Assembly: GCA_964409385.1 (NCBI GenBank)
Contig: CAYPCY010000002.1
Span: forward strand, 79,941 to 143,940
Source: an uncultured Methanosarcinales archaeon
GTDB taxonomy: Archaea > Nanobdellota > Nanobdellia > Woesearchaeales > CAYPCY01
Length of the DNA stretch: 64,000 nt
Direction: 5' to 3'
Shown here: piece after piece, positions 19,675 to 29,925 of the stretch
How positions within the stretch are numbered: the stretch's first letter is position 1
Layout: each line of letters opens with the position of its first letter
Notes under the pieces: model-generated
The model's input: the letters and a program-made list of their open reading frames with translations, nothing else
Database searches by the model: none
What the model was told of the DNA's origin: nothing
Position numbers and translations under genes: made by a program

Positions 19675-20271
19675 ATGGAAGGAATCTTAATCTTCAGTGA
19701 TAGTATAGGTTTTGGCAGGGGAGAATCTCCAAATATTGGATGGGTTGGAAGACTAAAAAAAGATTTTGAACCTAAAGGAAGTCATAATTGTCTATTCAAC
19801 CTAAGCATTCCAGGAGATACTTCAACAAGTCTTCTAAAAAGATTAAATACTGAATGTAAAGCAAGAATAAAATACAAACGTAAAGAAGACAAGTTCACAA
19901 TAATAATATCCATAGGAATGAATGATTCAAAAGGAATAAATAATAAGAATAATATTAAAACATCATTACCAACATTCAAAAAAAACATTTCAAGAATAAT
20001 AAATACAACAAAAAAATACACAAAAGAAATTATTATAATAGGATTAACACCAGCAAGTGAAGAACCATTCGAAAATACTTATTTCACAAATAAACAAATA
20101 GAAACATTCAACAATATTCTAAAAGAATCCGCAAAGAAAGAAAACCTAGAATTCATAAACACATTAAAAGAATTCAAAAAATTAGATTATGCCTCTTTAC
20201 TATCTGATGGTCTTCATCCCAGCAAGAAAGGATATGACGAATTATATAAAATAATAAAAAAGAAGTTTTAA
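19675..20271 (+). CDS. SGNH/GDSL hydrolase
   Basis: FSDSI, PGDT, GMND and DGLHP blocks. Confidence 0.9.
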   Translation: MEGILIFSDSIGFGRGESPNIGWVGRLKKDFEPKGSHNCLFNLSIPGDTSTSLLKRLNTECKARIKYKRKEDKFTIIISIGMNDSKGINNKNNIKTSLPTFKKNISRIINTTKKYTKEIIIIGLTPASEEPFENTYFTNKQIETFNNILKESAKKENLEFINTLKEFKKLDYASLLSDGLHPSKKGYDELYKIIKKKF

Positions 20272-20296
20272 ATATGAACCAATAAATTATTAATTA

Positions 20297-21364
20297 ATGC
20301 ATGATAAAGAAGCAATAGACTGGTTAAAAAATAAAGAGTTCTCAAAGTATGCAGAAGATAAAAAAGACTTAATGATTAAAACATTACAACAATGCATACT
20401 ACCAAATAATGAAAAAGTATTAATTCTTGGAGATACAGGTTTTGAAAATAAAAGATTAGCTGCAATCTTAGCATACTCATACTATCTAGCATGTAAAGAA
20501 TTAAATTTAGAAACAGAAATAGTATTACAAACCCCAAAAGAAAATAGAGAATTTGCAAATGAAAATTTCGAAAAGAAACTTTTAGAACTTCCAGACAAAA
20601 GCATACTACTAATTGCATTAACTAACAAGTTAGGAAAGATGCGTTTTGAAAAAAGTTATAGAACATACTGTAATAAACATTTACACAGGTTCTTATCAAC
20701 ACCAAGCTTGGGAGGTTTACCAACAGAAAAAGCAAACAATTTATTCAATGCTTTTGACATTAATTATACAGAATTACAAAATAAACACGCTAAATTAAAA
20801 GAAATATTAGACAAGACTGACGAACTAAAAATAATAACAGAAGCAGGAACTAACCTAACATTAAACATTAAAGATATTAAAGCAATATCTGCAGCAGGAG
20901 TATACACCACACCAGGCACAGGCGGAAACCTACCAGGAGGAGAAGTATATTTACACCCTACAAAAGAAGGAGCTAATGGAAAAGTAGTGATTGATGTTTG
21001 CTTAAGAACTAAAGAAAGAACCATGCTTGTAGAAACACCATTCACTATAAAAGTTGAAGAAGGAAAAGTAATTAGTATAGAAGGAGCTCAAGAAGCAGAA
21101 GACTTAAAATACACTCTAGACTGGGCAAAAGCAAACGCTAAATATCCTGAAAATGTTTCATTCCTTTGTGAATTAGGAATTGGAACCAATCAACATGCAA
21201 TCCCATCAGGAGTCACAATAATAGATGAAAAACTACCAAATACTGCACATGTTGCAATAGGTAGTAATTACTGGTTTGGTGGTCCTATAAGAACAATAAT
21301 TCATCTTGATCAAGTATTCAAAAACCCCAAAATTTATGCAGATAATGAACTAATAATATTATAA
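20297..21364 (+). CDS. M29-like (thermophilic metalloprotease / leucyl aminopeptidase) peptidase
   Basis: GNLPGGEV, ELGIGTN, DEK, HVAIG, IHLD. Confidence 0.85.
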   Translation: MHDKEAIDWLKNKEFSKYAEDKKDLMIKTLQQCILPNNEKVLILGDTGFENKRLAAILAYSYYLACKELNLETEIVLQTPKENREFANENFEKKLLELPDKSILLIALTNKLGKMRFEKSYRTYCNKHLHRFLSTPSLGGLPTEKANNLFNAFDINYTELQNKHAKLKEILDKTDELKIITEAGTNLTLNIKDIKAISAAGVYTTPGTGGNLPGGEVYLHPTKEGANGKVVIDVCLRTKERTMLVETPFTIKVEEGKVISIEGAQEAEDLKYTLDWAKANAKYPENVSFLCELGIGTNQHAIPSGVTIIDEKLPNTAHVAIGSNYWFGGPIRTIIHLDQVFKNPKIYADNELIIL

Positions 21365-21445
21365 ATATAATTTTATTTAGAAAATATTTAAATATTGTTT
21401 CAACAATAAAAATAAATTAATACATAAAAAATAGGAGGGTAGATA

Positions 21446-21568
21446 ATGGGACATCATCCAATAACACAAACAACTAGTTCGGCAGGAATTCAGCCCTTAA
21501 CAATAGGCCTTATAATAATAGGTTTGGTAATATTAGCATATATTTTATACAAATTTTTTAAGGATTAA
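21446..21568 (+). CDS. Small single-TM protein (40 aa; absent from ORF track)
   Basis: GGAGG SD; MGHHPITQTTSSAGIQPLTIGLIIIGLVILAYILYKFFKD*. Confidence 0.6.
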   Translation: MGHHPITQTTSSAGIQPLTIGLIIIGLVILAYILYKFFKD

Positions 21569-21611
21569 ACTGTAACAACCTTTTTATATAATTCTCTTTT
21601 CAACTTAAAAA

Positions 21612-23735
21612 ATGGAGCTTATAATTACTGAAAAACCATCCGCAGCTAAGATGATAGCGAGTGCATTGTCAGATTCTACACCAGCACAAGTAAAAAATGG
21701 CAAAGTAACAAATTATGAAATTACACATAACAAAAAAAAAATCATAGTCTCTTCAGCAGCAGGACATTTATACGGTCTTGAAGAAAAAGAGAAAACATTC
21801 GAATATCCCCGTTTTGATATTGAATGGAAACCAACACACAAAACTTCTAAAAATGCAAGATTTACAAAAGCATTCCTTGACAACCTAACAAAAATAGCTA
21901 AACAATCAGACTCTTTCACAGTAGCTTGCGATTATGACGTTGAAGGAGAAGTTATAGGATTAAACTGTGTGAGATTCGCTTGTAAGCAAAAGGATGCTTC
22001 AAGAATGAAATTCTCAACATTAACAAAGTCTGAAATTCAAGAATCTTACAATAACAAAGCAAAAACATTAAACTGGGGACAGGCAAGGGCAGGAGAAACA
22101 AGACATTTTCTTGATTGGATGTACGGTATAAATCTAAGCAGAGCATTAATGTCCTCACTAAAAAAGGCAGGAACTTTCAAAGTATTAAGTACTGGAAGAG
22201 TTCAAGCTCCAGCATTAAAAATAGTTGTTGATAGAGAGTTAGAAATTAGGGATTTCAAACCAGAAACGTTTTGGCAATTAAGAATTCAAACTAATAAATT
22301 AGATGCACAACACGAAAAAGACAAGTTTAACAAGAAAGAAGAAGCAGAAACTGCAAAAAACAACACTTCAAAAGAAGCTATAGTAAAAGAATTAATTTCA
22401 ACAACAAAAAAACAATTTCCATATCCAGCATTTGACCTGGGGTCTTTACAAGTAGAAGCACATTCTAATTTCAGATATACTCCAAAAAGTACATTAAGCA
22501 TTGCCCAAAAATTATATTTGGCAGGATTAATATCATACCCAAGAACTTCCAGTCAGAAACTACCAGCAAAATTAGGACTTAATAAAATACTAAAAAAACT
22601 TGCAGAATTCTATAAAGAAGCTGAAGAACTACAAGGAAAAAATCCAGTTCAAGGAAAGAAAGACGATCCTGCACACCCAGCAATATTCCCTACAGGACAA
22701 AAACCCAAAAAATTAGCAGAACAAGAAAAGAAAGTTTATGATTTAATAACCAGAAGGTTTCTTTCAGCATTCGGAACACCCGCAGAGAGGGAACATTCAA
22801 CCATAAAATTAAAATCAAATACTGAGAATTATATTGCAAAAGGAGTTAGAACATTAAAACAAGGATGGTTTGAAATATACAAGCCATACGTGAAACTTAA
22901 AGAAGTTGAACTCCCAGAACTAAAAAAAGAAGAAAAACTAACAATAACAAAAAAATTACTTGATGAGAAAGAAACTCAACCTCCAAGAAGGTATACTCAA
23001 GCGTCGCTAGTTTCAGCACTTGAAAAGAGAGGATTAGGAACTAAAGCAACAAGAGCAGAAATCGTAGACACTTTATTCTCAAGAGGATATATTGATGGTA
23101 AGTCTTTAGTAGCTTCAGACTTAGGAATTGATATTATTGCTATACTGAAAAAGTTCGTTCCTGAAATTGTAGATGTAGAATTAACTAGAGAAGTAGAAGA
23201 AGACATGCAACAAATTAGAGAAGGAAAAACAACCGAAGAAACAATTTTAAAAAAGGCAAAGCCAAAACTAATTAAAATTCTTACTAAGTTCAAATCACAA
23301 GAGCTTGAAATAGGAAATGAATTAAAAAAAGCTTATTCAGAAACATTAAGGAAAGATTCAGAATTAGGGAATTGTTCTTGTGGCGGAAAATTAAAAATTA
23401 AGTTTTCAAAAAAGAAACAAAGATTTGTTGGTTGTGATAAGTATCCAGATTGTACAAACACATTCCCCTTACCAAAGACTGGAAAAATAATACCAACAGA
23501 AAAAGCATGCGAAACTTGTTCAACACCAATAATACAAATCGGAAGAAGAACAGTATGTATAAATCCTGACTGTAAGAGCAAGAAAACCAATGGTACAGTT
23601 AAAGAAAAACCATGTCCTAAATGTGACGGTAAGTTAATATTAAGAAAAAGTGTTTATGGAGAATTTCTAGGTTGTAGTAATTATCCAAAATGCAAACAGA
23701 CAGAAAAAATTCTAAATTCCAAAAGCAGCTCTTAA
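21612..23735 (+). CDS. topA: Type IA DNA topoisomerase with C-terminal zinc ribbons
   Basis: TEKPS, DYDVEGE, STGRVQ, ISYPRT, GLGTKATR, GC..YP.C ribbons. Confidence 0.96.
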   Translation: MELIITEKPSAAKMIASALSDSTPAQVKNGKVTNYEITHNKKKIIVSSAAGHLYGLEEKEKTFEYPRFDIEWKPTHKTSKNARFTKAFLDNLTKIAKQSDSFTVACDYDVEGEVIGLNCVRFACKQKDASRMKFSTLTKSEIQESYNNKAKTLNWGQARAGETRHFLDWMYGINLSRALMSSLKKAGTFKVLSTGRVQAPALKIVVDRELEIRDFKPETFWQLRIQTNKLDAQHEKDKFNKKEEAETAKNNTSKEAIVKELISTTKKQFPYPAFDLGSLQVEAHSNFRYTPKSTLSIAQKLYLAGLISYPRTSSQKLPAKLGLNKILKKLAEFYKEAEELQGKNPVQGKKDDPAHPAIFPTGQKPKKLAEQEKKVYDLITRRFLSAFGTPAEREHSTIKLKSNTENYIAKGVRTLKQGWFEIYKPYVKLKEVELPELKKEEKLTITKKLLDEKETQPPRRYTQASLVSALEKRGLGTKATRAEIVDTLFSRGYIDGKSLVASDLGIDIIAILKKFVPEIVDVELTREVEEDMQQIREGKTTEETILKKAKPKLIKILTKFKSQELEIGNELKKAYSETLRKDSELGNCSCGGKLKIKFSKKKQRFVGCDKYPDCTNTFPLPKTGKIIPTEKACETCSTPIIQIGRRTVCINPDCKSKKTNGTVKEKPCPKCDGKLILRKSVYGEFLGCSNYPKCKQTEKILNSKSSS

Positions 23736-24002
23736 TTCTTCACTAGGATTCCATAATGGATCAAAAGTAATATCTATCTTAACATCCTCAACACCCTTAA
23801 TCTTTCTAATTTCAGAATCAATAGCTTCAATTAACATACCACCAAAAGGACAAGTTGGACTAGTAAAAGTCATTAAAATACTAACAATATCCTTTTCTAT
23901 CTTAATATCATAAATTAATTCTAAAGTATAAACATCAATTCCTAATTCAGGATCTTCAACTTTTTTCAAGACATTAATAATTTCTTTCTTACCAACCATC
24001 AT
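23712..24002 (-). CDS. Fe-S cluster assembly factor (DUF59/SufT/MIP18)
   Basis: DPELGIDV, MTFTSPTCP, FDPLW. Confidence 0.92.
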   Translation of the reverse strand: MMVGKKEIINVLKKVEDPELGIDVYTLELIYDIKIEKDIVSILMTFTSPTCPFGGMLIEAIDSEIRKIKGVEDVKIDITFDPLWNPSEELRAAFGI

Positions 24003-24131
24003 AATATAGTTTTTGATTTGTTTTTATATAGTTTTTCTAGTTTCCCCTTTAAAAATCCGAAGGTTTTATTAACTGGTTCTTTTTCTTCAAGGATATTCAG
24101 GCATAGTCTGAAGAAAACACGAGGTAAAAAA

Positions 24132-24323
24132 ATGAAAGGAACAGTAAAATTTTTCGACTCCACGAAACACTTTGGTTTCATCACTGGAGAAGACGAAAAG
24201 GATTACTTTGTCCATGCTTCCCAAGTTGAAAATGAGGAAGTCCTTGCAGAAAATGACGAAGTTGAGTTTGAACCTGCAGAAGGAGACAGAGGAGCCCTAG
24301 CTAAAGACGTTAAGAGATTATAG
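24132..24323 (+). CDS. cspA: Cold-shock domain protein
   Basis: MKGTVKFF, FGFI (RNP1), YFVH (RNP2); SD GAGGT. Confidence 0.93.
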   Translation: MKGTVKFFDSTKHFGFITGEDEKDYFVHASQVENEEVLAENDEVEFEPAEGDRGALAKDVKRL

Positions 24324-24328
24324 ATAAA

Positions 24329-24410
24329 GAATTCTTAGTAGGATCATGAAGTAATGACAGAATTCAAAGTATAATAACTTATTTTTTCTTTTTTTCTTTT
24401 TTTCTTTTTA
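24329..24410 (+). terminator. Hairpin plus long T tracts after cspA
   Basis: GAATTCT...AGAATTC stem followed by repeated T6-7C tracts. Confidence 0.55.
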
Positions 24411-24450
24411 TAGTAACTTTTTTAAATTGATTATTGTTCTAATTTTTAAT

Positions 24451-24525
24451 AGCGGGATGGGGCAGGCAGGAGTGCCCGTCGGGCTCATAACCCGGAGGTC
24501 GAAGGTTCAAATCCTTCTCCCGCTA
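24451..24525 (+). tRNA. Initiator tRNA-Met(CAT)
   Basis: A1-U72 pair, GGG/CCC anticodon stem, CTCATAA loop, GGTTCAAATCC T-arm. Confidence 0.95.
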
Positions 24526-24635
24526 TCCTTTTCAAAGGATAGAACCCAAAGTATGTGTTTCCCTACGGTCAAGCACATTATTTTATAGTACTATCAAGTT
24601 GTTTTTGCGAGATATTTTTCATTTTATTCAAGCCC

Positions 24636-24950
24636 ATGAGAGAATTCGTTAATAAACTAAAAAAAAGGATTGAAAGTATTAAAGGAATACAACAATATAC
24701 TGATAATTACAATAATTGGTGTTATGGAACTTCTAAACAAAAGCATATTGTTCATCTACATCCTTACAACACACACGCGGATATTGAAATTAACAATCCT
24801 GAAATGTTCAGAAAATTTCTTAACAAGTTCGAGTCAAGACCTCATGAGTGGAATCCTCAAAACTGGTTGATTATTGATCTAATATCAAAAGAAAATTATA
24901 ATGCTGCTAAGGAAGTTATTAATGAAGTAGTTAAATTTATTAGTTCTTAA
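24636..24950 (+). CDS. Hypothetical protein (possibly DUF5519/luciferase-like)
   Basis: IVHLH...HADI...RPHEW..NW motifs; start taken at ATG 24636. Confidence 0.55.
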   Translation: MREFVNKLKKRIESIKGIQQYTDNYNNWCYGTSKQKHIVHLHPYNTHADIEINNPEMFRKFLNKFESRPHEWNPQNWLIIDLISKENYNAAKEVINEVVKFISS

Positions 24951-24964
24951 CATTTTATACTATT

Positions 24965-25576
24965 ATGATTGCAGGTGTAGATGAGGCAGGAAGAGGTTCT
25001 GTTATTGGTCCTTTAGTTATTGCTCTTGCTGAAATTCCAGAGTCTAAACTTTCTTTACTAACTGAAATAGGTGTTAAAGATTCTAAACTTTTGAAAAGAA
25101 ATAAACGAAAAGAAATTCTTGAGAAAGTGAATAATATTGCAAAATTCTACTATAAAATTTTTGATGCTCATGAAATAGTTAATTTCATGAAGTTAAAATC
25201 TTTGAATCAGTTAGAACTTGGGGGAATGGTTAATCTTTCTAATAGTGCAAGATCTGAGAAGATAATTATTGACTGTCCTTCAGCAGGTATTACTTCCTTC
25301 TCGAAAGATATTAATTGTTTATTGAATAATCCTAAAACTTTAATTATTGAGCATAAGGCTGATTTGAATCATTCAATAGTCGCGTTAGCTTCTATTGCTG
25401 CTAAAGAGAAAAGAGAAGATTTAATTGATGTTTTAAAAGAAAAATTTGGAGATTTTGGTAGTGGATATCCTGCAGATCCAAAAGCAAAAGCTTATTTAAC
25501 AGATAATCCTGAAATTAGTATTGTGAGAACTAACTGGAGTACTTGGAAGAATAGGGTCCAAACTAGATTAATATGA
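24965..25576 (+). CDS. rnhB: Ribonuclease HII
   Basis: GVDEAGRG, VKDSK, HKAD, ASIAAK, GSGYPADP. Confidence 0.95.
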   Translation: MIAGVDEAGRGSVIGPLVIALAEIPESKLSLLTEIGVKDSKLLKRNKRKEILEKVNNIAKFYYKIFDAHEIVNFMKLKSLNQLELGGMVNLSNSARSEKIIIDCPSAGITSFSKDINCLLNNPKTLIIEHKADLNHSIVALASIAAKEKREDLIDVLKEKFGDFGSGYPADPKAKAYLTDNPEISIVRTNWSTWKNRVQTRLI

Positions 25577-26361
25577 ATATTTCAATAAATTATGAAGAGG
25601 GAATGATTAAGAAACTTAGAAAGCTAGGATTTAGAGATATTCCCAAAAAAACACCTTTTGAAAAATTAAGATTAGAAAAGAATTGTTTAGTAGTACTATA
25701 TAATACTGGAAAATTATTGCTTCAAGGTTCTGACTCTGGAGTATTGCACACTTTAAGTGATTTAAGAGGTAAGAAAAAACAAAATAAATTAGATTCTGAA
25801 GAGGAAATTATTGGTAGTGATGAAACTTTGAAGGGAGATACTTTTGGCGGATTAATAGTCAGTGGTTTTAAGGGAAATTCTAGAATTAGATCTAGACTTA
25901 TGTCTTTAGGAGTTAAGGATTCTAAACTACTTTCAGAACAACAAATTTTGAGGATTGCTGAAGCGTTAGAGAAAGAGTTTCCAAATAGAATTTGTATTAT
26001 TGAATTATCTCCGGAAAATTACAATCACAAAATGTCATATACTAGTGTTACAGGATTACTGAATCAAATGCATCAAGATGTTTATAATACTCTAAAGCCA
26101 GGAAAACATGTTGTTGATAAATATCCTGGTTGCAAGATTGGTGATGAAATTCTTGAGAAGGCAGAATCTAAATATTTAGAGGTTGCTGCCGCATCTATTG
26201 TTGCTAGAAAAAGAGCTTTAGATCAGTTTGATAGACTTAGTGAAAAAATCGGATTTACACTTCCTAAAGGAAGCACTCATGTTAGTGATGCTTTAAGAAA
26301 GTTAGAAATTAAAGGATTGAATAAAGCAAGATTTGTCAAGACCCATTTTAGGAATGTTTAA
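25573..26361 (+). CDS. rnhC: Ribonuclease HIII-like protein (N-terminal TBP-like domain)
   Basis: LYNTGKLLLQG N-domain; IGSDETLKGDTFG, VKDSK, VAAASIVAR, LPKGS, KTHF. Confidence 0.85.
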   Translation: MNISINYEEGMIKKLRKLGFRDIPKKTPFEKLRLEKNCLVVLYNTGKLLLQGSDSGVLHTLSDLRGKKKQNKLDSEEEIIGSDETLKGDTFGGLIVSGFKGNSRIRSRLMSLGVKDSKLLSEQQILRIAEALEKEFPNRICIIELSPENYNHKMSYTSVTGLLNQMHQDVYNTLKPGKHVVDKYPGCKIGDEILEKAESKYLEVAAASIVARKRALDQFDRLSEKIGFTLPKGSTHVSDALRKLEIKGLNKARFVKTHFRNV

Positions 26362-26397
26362 TTTTTAACTTCAAAATCTCTTTGAGATTTAGTAAGT
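26362..26397. repeat. TTCAAAA hairpin mini-repeat copy
   Basis: TTTTTAACTTCAAAATCTC-TTT-GAGATTTAGTAAGT; related to copies at 15225-15272, 40701-40756 and 45569-45604. Confidence 0.55.
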
Positions 26398-26439
26398 TTT
26401 AAATACTATTCTCGTTCCTTTTCGAGTGAGGATATAGTA

Positions 26440-29400
26440 ATGACTAGAATAACAAAACTTGCAATGCATGGTTTCAAGTCTTTTGGGAAAAAGACGGATA
26501 TTTTACTTGGTAATTCTTTCAATTGTATTTTGGGTCCGAACGGTTCTGGAAAGAGCAATGTTTTGGATGGTTTATGTTTTGTTCTTGGAAAAGCTGGCTC
26601 TAAAGGGTTAAGGGCTGAAAAGACTAGTAATTTAATTTACAATGGTGGAAAGTCTAAAAATCCGTATAAAGAAGGAACTGTACAAATATATTTTTCTAAT
26701 GAGAATAATGAGTTTCCTATTCAAGAAAAAGAATTAAAACTTTCAAGAACTGTAAAAAGTAATGGCACTAGTGTTTATAGAATTAATGATCAAACAGTAA
26801 CAAGAACTCAAGTTTTAGATGTTTTAAATGCTGCAAGGATTAATCCAGACGGGTACAATATTATTTTGCAAGGAGATATTGTAAAACTTGTTGAAATGTC
26901 TTCAATAGAAAGGAGGGGAATTATTGAGGAAATCTCAGGAATTTCAGTTTATGAAGAAAAAAAGAACAGGGCATTAAGAGAATTAGGGAAGGTTGAAGAA
27001 ACCTTGAATGAAGCAGATATTATATTAGCAGAAAGAAAATCTTATATTAAGGATTTGAAGAAAGATAGGGATCAAGCTCAAAAGTTTAAGGATTTAGATG
27101 ATAAAATAAAAAGAAACAAAGTAACTTCTTTAACTTTAAGAAAGAACAAGAAGTCTAAAGAACATTCGAATTTTGATTCTAAAATAAAAGTAGAAAGAGA
27201 AAAAGTTTCTAAATTAGAAAATAAAATTTCTCAGTTAAAAAAGCAAGTAGATTCTAAAAAAGAAGAGGTTGAGCTTATTAATAAGCAAGTTGAAGAGTCT
27301 GGAGAAACTACACAGGTTGATATGCACAAACAACTTGACCAGTTAAAAGTTAATTTTGCATTGAACAAACAAAAATTAGAAAACTTAAATTCTGAAATTC
27401 TTAAAATTCAAGAAAGAAAAAAACAATTATCTCAAGACTTAGATAATTACAGAAATAAATCTTCAGGTTTCATCAAGAAAAAAGAAGATTTAGGAAAAGA
27501 AATTTTAATGAAAGAAAAATTAATTTCAGAAATTGAAAATAAAATTAAAAATTTTAAAGAAAATAACAAAATTGATGAGAATATTGACAAAGAACTAGAA
27601 ATTATAGATTCAGAAAACGAAAAGAAACAAGAGAGTATTGAAAGTTTAAGAGTAGAACATCAAAATATGATTAGAGAAAAAGACAAATTAGAATTTAGTC
27701 TTAATTCTATTGATGAAAAAATAGATAAGGTTTTAGAAGTTGAAAAAGAGAATAAGGATCAGATTATAATATTAAGAGAGCTTAAACAAAAATTTAAGCA
27801 AGTAACTATTGAATTAACATCTATATTGAATGAAGAATCAAAGATTTCTTCAGAACTTTCTACGGCAAGGTCAAGACTTATTAGCAAGAAGGAAGATTTT
27901 GCAAAACTTAATGCTAAAAATTCATTGATTTTAGAAAGAAGACATGCAAACGCTGCAGTTAAGAACATTATTGATAATAAAAAAAACTTTCCTGGAGTTA
28001 TTGGAATAGTTTCTGATTTAGGAAGTGTTAATCAAAAGTTTTCAGTTGCTTTAGAAATTGCTGCAGGAAATAAAATAAGAAGTATAGTTACTGAGTCTGA
28101 TGAGTCTGCATCTTCTTGTATTAGATACTTAAAAGAAAAAAGGTTAGGAGTTGCTGCTTTTTTCCCATTGAATAAATTAAAACCAATATTGATACGTTCA
28201 GAATTAAGAAGTTTAAAAGGTCCTGGGATTTTTGGTTTGGCAATAGATCTTGTAGATTTTCAAACTAAATATGATAAAGTTTTTCAACAAGTTTTTGGAA
28301 ATACTTTAGTTGTTGAAAATATTCCTGCAGCAAGGCGTTTAGGAATAGGAAAGACTAGGATGGTAACTCTTGAAGGAGATATTATTGAGGGTTCTGGAGT
28401 TATGATTGGTGGTTTTAGAGGAAGGGCAGTAGGCGGCTTTAAAGAAAAAGAAGTTTCAAAAAATTTAGATTCTTTAAGTGTTGACATTGCAGATTTAGAA
28501 GCTGTAGTTTCAAAACTAGAGAGTGAAAAAGAATCATTAAATTCAAGGATTGAAAGTTTAAGGATTCAAAAGTCAGAATTTGAAGGAGAAATAATAAAAT
28601 TAGAAAAATCATTACATGTTGATTCTGAAGATATTGAAGCATCTCAAGAATTAAAACAAAAAATAAGTAAGGAAATCAATGAGATAGAATCAAAACTTGA
28701 ATCTGGAGAAAGAAGTATTAGAAATATAACTAGAGACTTAACACAATTAAAGATAAAAAAACAGGAAATCAGAAATAAAATTAATGAATTAAGAAATCCT
28801 GCAGTATTGGCAGAACTAAATTCTTTCGAGGAGAAAAGACAAGAATTAAAAGATGAACTTTCAAATCTTAAAGCTGAAATTAAAGCTCAAGAACTCCAAG
28901 AAGAGAGTGTTATGGGTCCAGAAATAAAGAATATTGAAAGAATATTAAAACAACAAGAAAAAGAAGAAGAAGAATTTAAGAATGAAGCAGAACAATTAAA
29001 GAATTCAATCTCATCTGAAAAGAAAAATCTTGAATTTAAGGAGAAAAAACAAAAGGAATTCTATAATAAGTTCAAAGATTTATTTAATAAAAGACAAAAT
29101 ATTAGTGATGAGATTGGGAAGATAGAAGGAGATATTATTCAAAAAGAGGAAAGAATAAGATCTTTAGAAACAAGAGTTAATTCGTTATCTTTAGAAGTTG
29201 CAAGGCTTAATGCAGAAATTTCAGGAATTGATGAAGAACTTTCTCAATTTAAGAATGTGAAGCCTTTCAAAAACAAATCTGAAGAAACTATTGAAAAGGA
29301 AATTCGTGATTTTGAGAATTTAATAAATAATATTGGTTCTGTTAATATGAGATCATTAGAAATTTTTGATCAGGCAGAAACTGAATATTTAGCATTACAA

Positions 29401-29925
29401 GATAAGAAGACAAACTTAACTAAAGAAAGGGAAGATGTTCTTATAATGATTAATCAAATAGAAGATAAAAAGAAAGAATTATTCAGTAAAACCTTCAGGG
29501 CTTTAGAAAATAATTTCAAGGGAATTTTTGAAAGATTAACCACTAAATCTGCAAAGGCGGAATTAGTTCTTGAAGATAAGAATAATCCGTTTAATGGAGG
29601 TCTTGAAATAAAAGTTAAACTTTCTGGTAATAAATTTTTGGATTTAAGAAGTCTTTCTGGAGGGGAGAAAACACTTACTGCTTTAGCATTCTTGTTTGCT
29701 GTCCAAGAGTATCAACCAGCTTCTTTCTATTGTTTGGACGAAGTAGATGCTGCTCTTGATAAAAGAAATTCTGAAAAATTAGCATCTCTAGTTAGAAGTT
29801 ATTCAAACAATGCACAGTATATAATAATAAGTCATAATGATGCAGTTATTAGCGAGGCAGATAATTTATATGGAGTTTCAATGGCAGAAGATGGAATTAG
29901 TAAAGTAACTAGTCTAAAAATCTGA
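26440..29925 (+). CDS. smc: Chromosome segregation protein SMC
   Basis: GPNGSGKS, Q-loop, hinge (VTLEGD..G...GG), LSGGE, LDEVD. Confidence 0.97.
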   Translation: MTRITKLAMHGFKSFGKKTDILLGNSFNCILGPNGSGKSNVLDGLCFVLGKAGSKGLRAEKTSNLIYNGGKSKNPYKEGTVQIYFSNENNEFPIQEKELKLSRTVKSNGTSVYRINDQTVTRTQVLDVLNAARINPDGYNIILQGDIVKLVEMSSIERRGIIEEISGISVYEEKKNRALRELGKVEETLNEADIILAERKSYIKDLKKDRDQAQKFKDLDDKIKRNKVTSLTLRKNKKSKEHSNFDSKIKVEREKVSKLENKISQLKKQVDSKKEEVELINKQVEESGETTQVDMHKQLDQLKVNFALNKQKLENLNSEILKIQERKKQLSQDLDNYRNKSSGFIKKKEDLGKEILMKEKLISEIENKIKNFKENNKIDENIDKELEIIDSENEKKQESIESLRVEHQNMIREKDKLEFSLNSIDEKIDKVLEVEKENKDQIIILRELKQKFKQVTIELTSILNEESKISSELSTARSRLISKKEDFAKLNAKNSLILERRHANAAVKNIIDNKKNFPGVIGIVSDLGSVNQKFSVALEIAAGNKIRSIVTESDESASSCIRYLKEKRLGVAAFFPLNKLKPILIRSELRSLKGPGIFGLAIDLVDFQTKYDKVFQQVFGNTLVVENIPAARRLGIGKTRMVTLEGDIIEGSGVMIGGFRGRAVGGFKEKEVSKNLDSLSVDIADLEAVVSKLESEKESLNSRIESLRIQKSEFEGEIIKLEKSLHVDSEDIEASQELKQKISKEINEIESKLESGERSIRNITRDLTQLKIKKQEIRNKINELRNPAVLAELNSFEEKRQELKDELSNLKAEIKAQELQEESVMGPEIKNIERILKQQEKEEEEFKNEAEQLKNSISSEKKNLEFKEKKQKEFYNKFKDLFNKRQNISDEIGKIEGDIIQKEERIRSLETRVNSLSLEVARLNAEISGIDEELSQFKNVKPFKNKSEETIEKEIRDFENLINNIGSVNMRSLEIFDQAETEYLALQDKKTNLTKEREDVLIMINQIEDKKKELFSKTFRALENNFKGIFERLTTKSAKAELVLEDKNNPFNGGLEIKVKLSGNKFLDLRSLSGGEKTLTALAFLFAVQEYQPASFYCLDEVDAALDKRNSEKLASLVRSYSNNAQYIIISHNDAVISEADNLYGVSMAEDGISKVTSLKI

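Noticed and set aside
24329..24365. Hairpin after cspA as a SECIS element or C/D box RNA
   Set aside because: No in-frame TGA selenoprotein candidate nearby and no complete C (RUGAUGA) and D (CUGA) box pair
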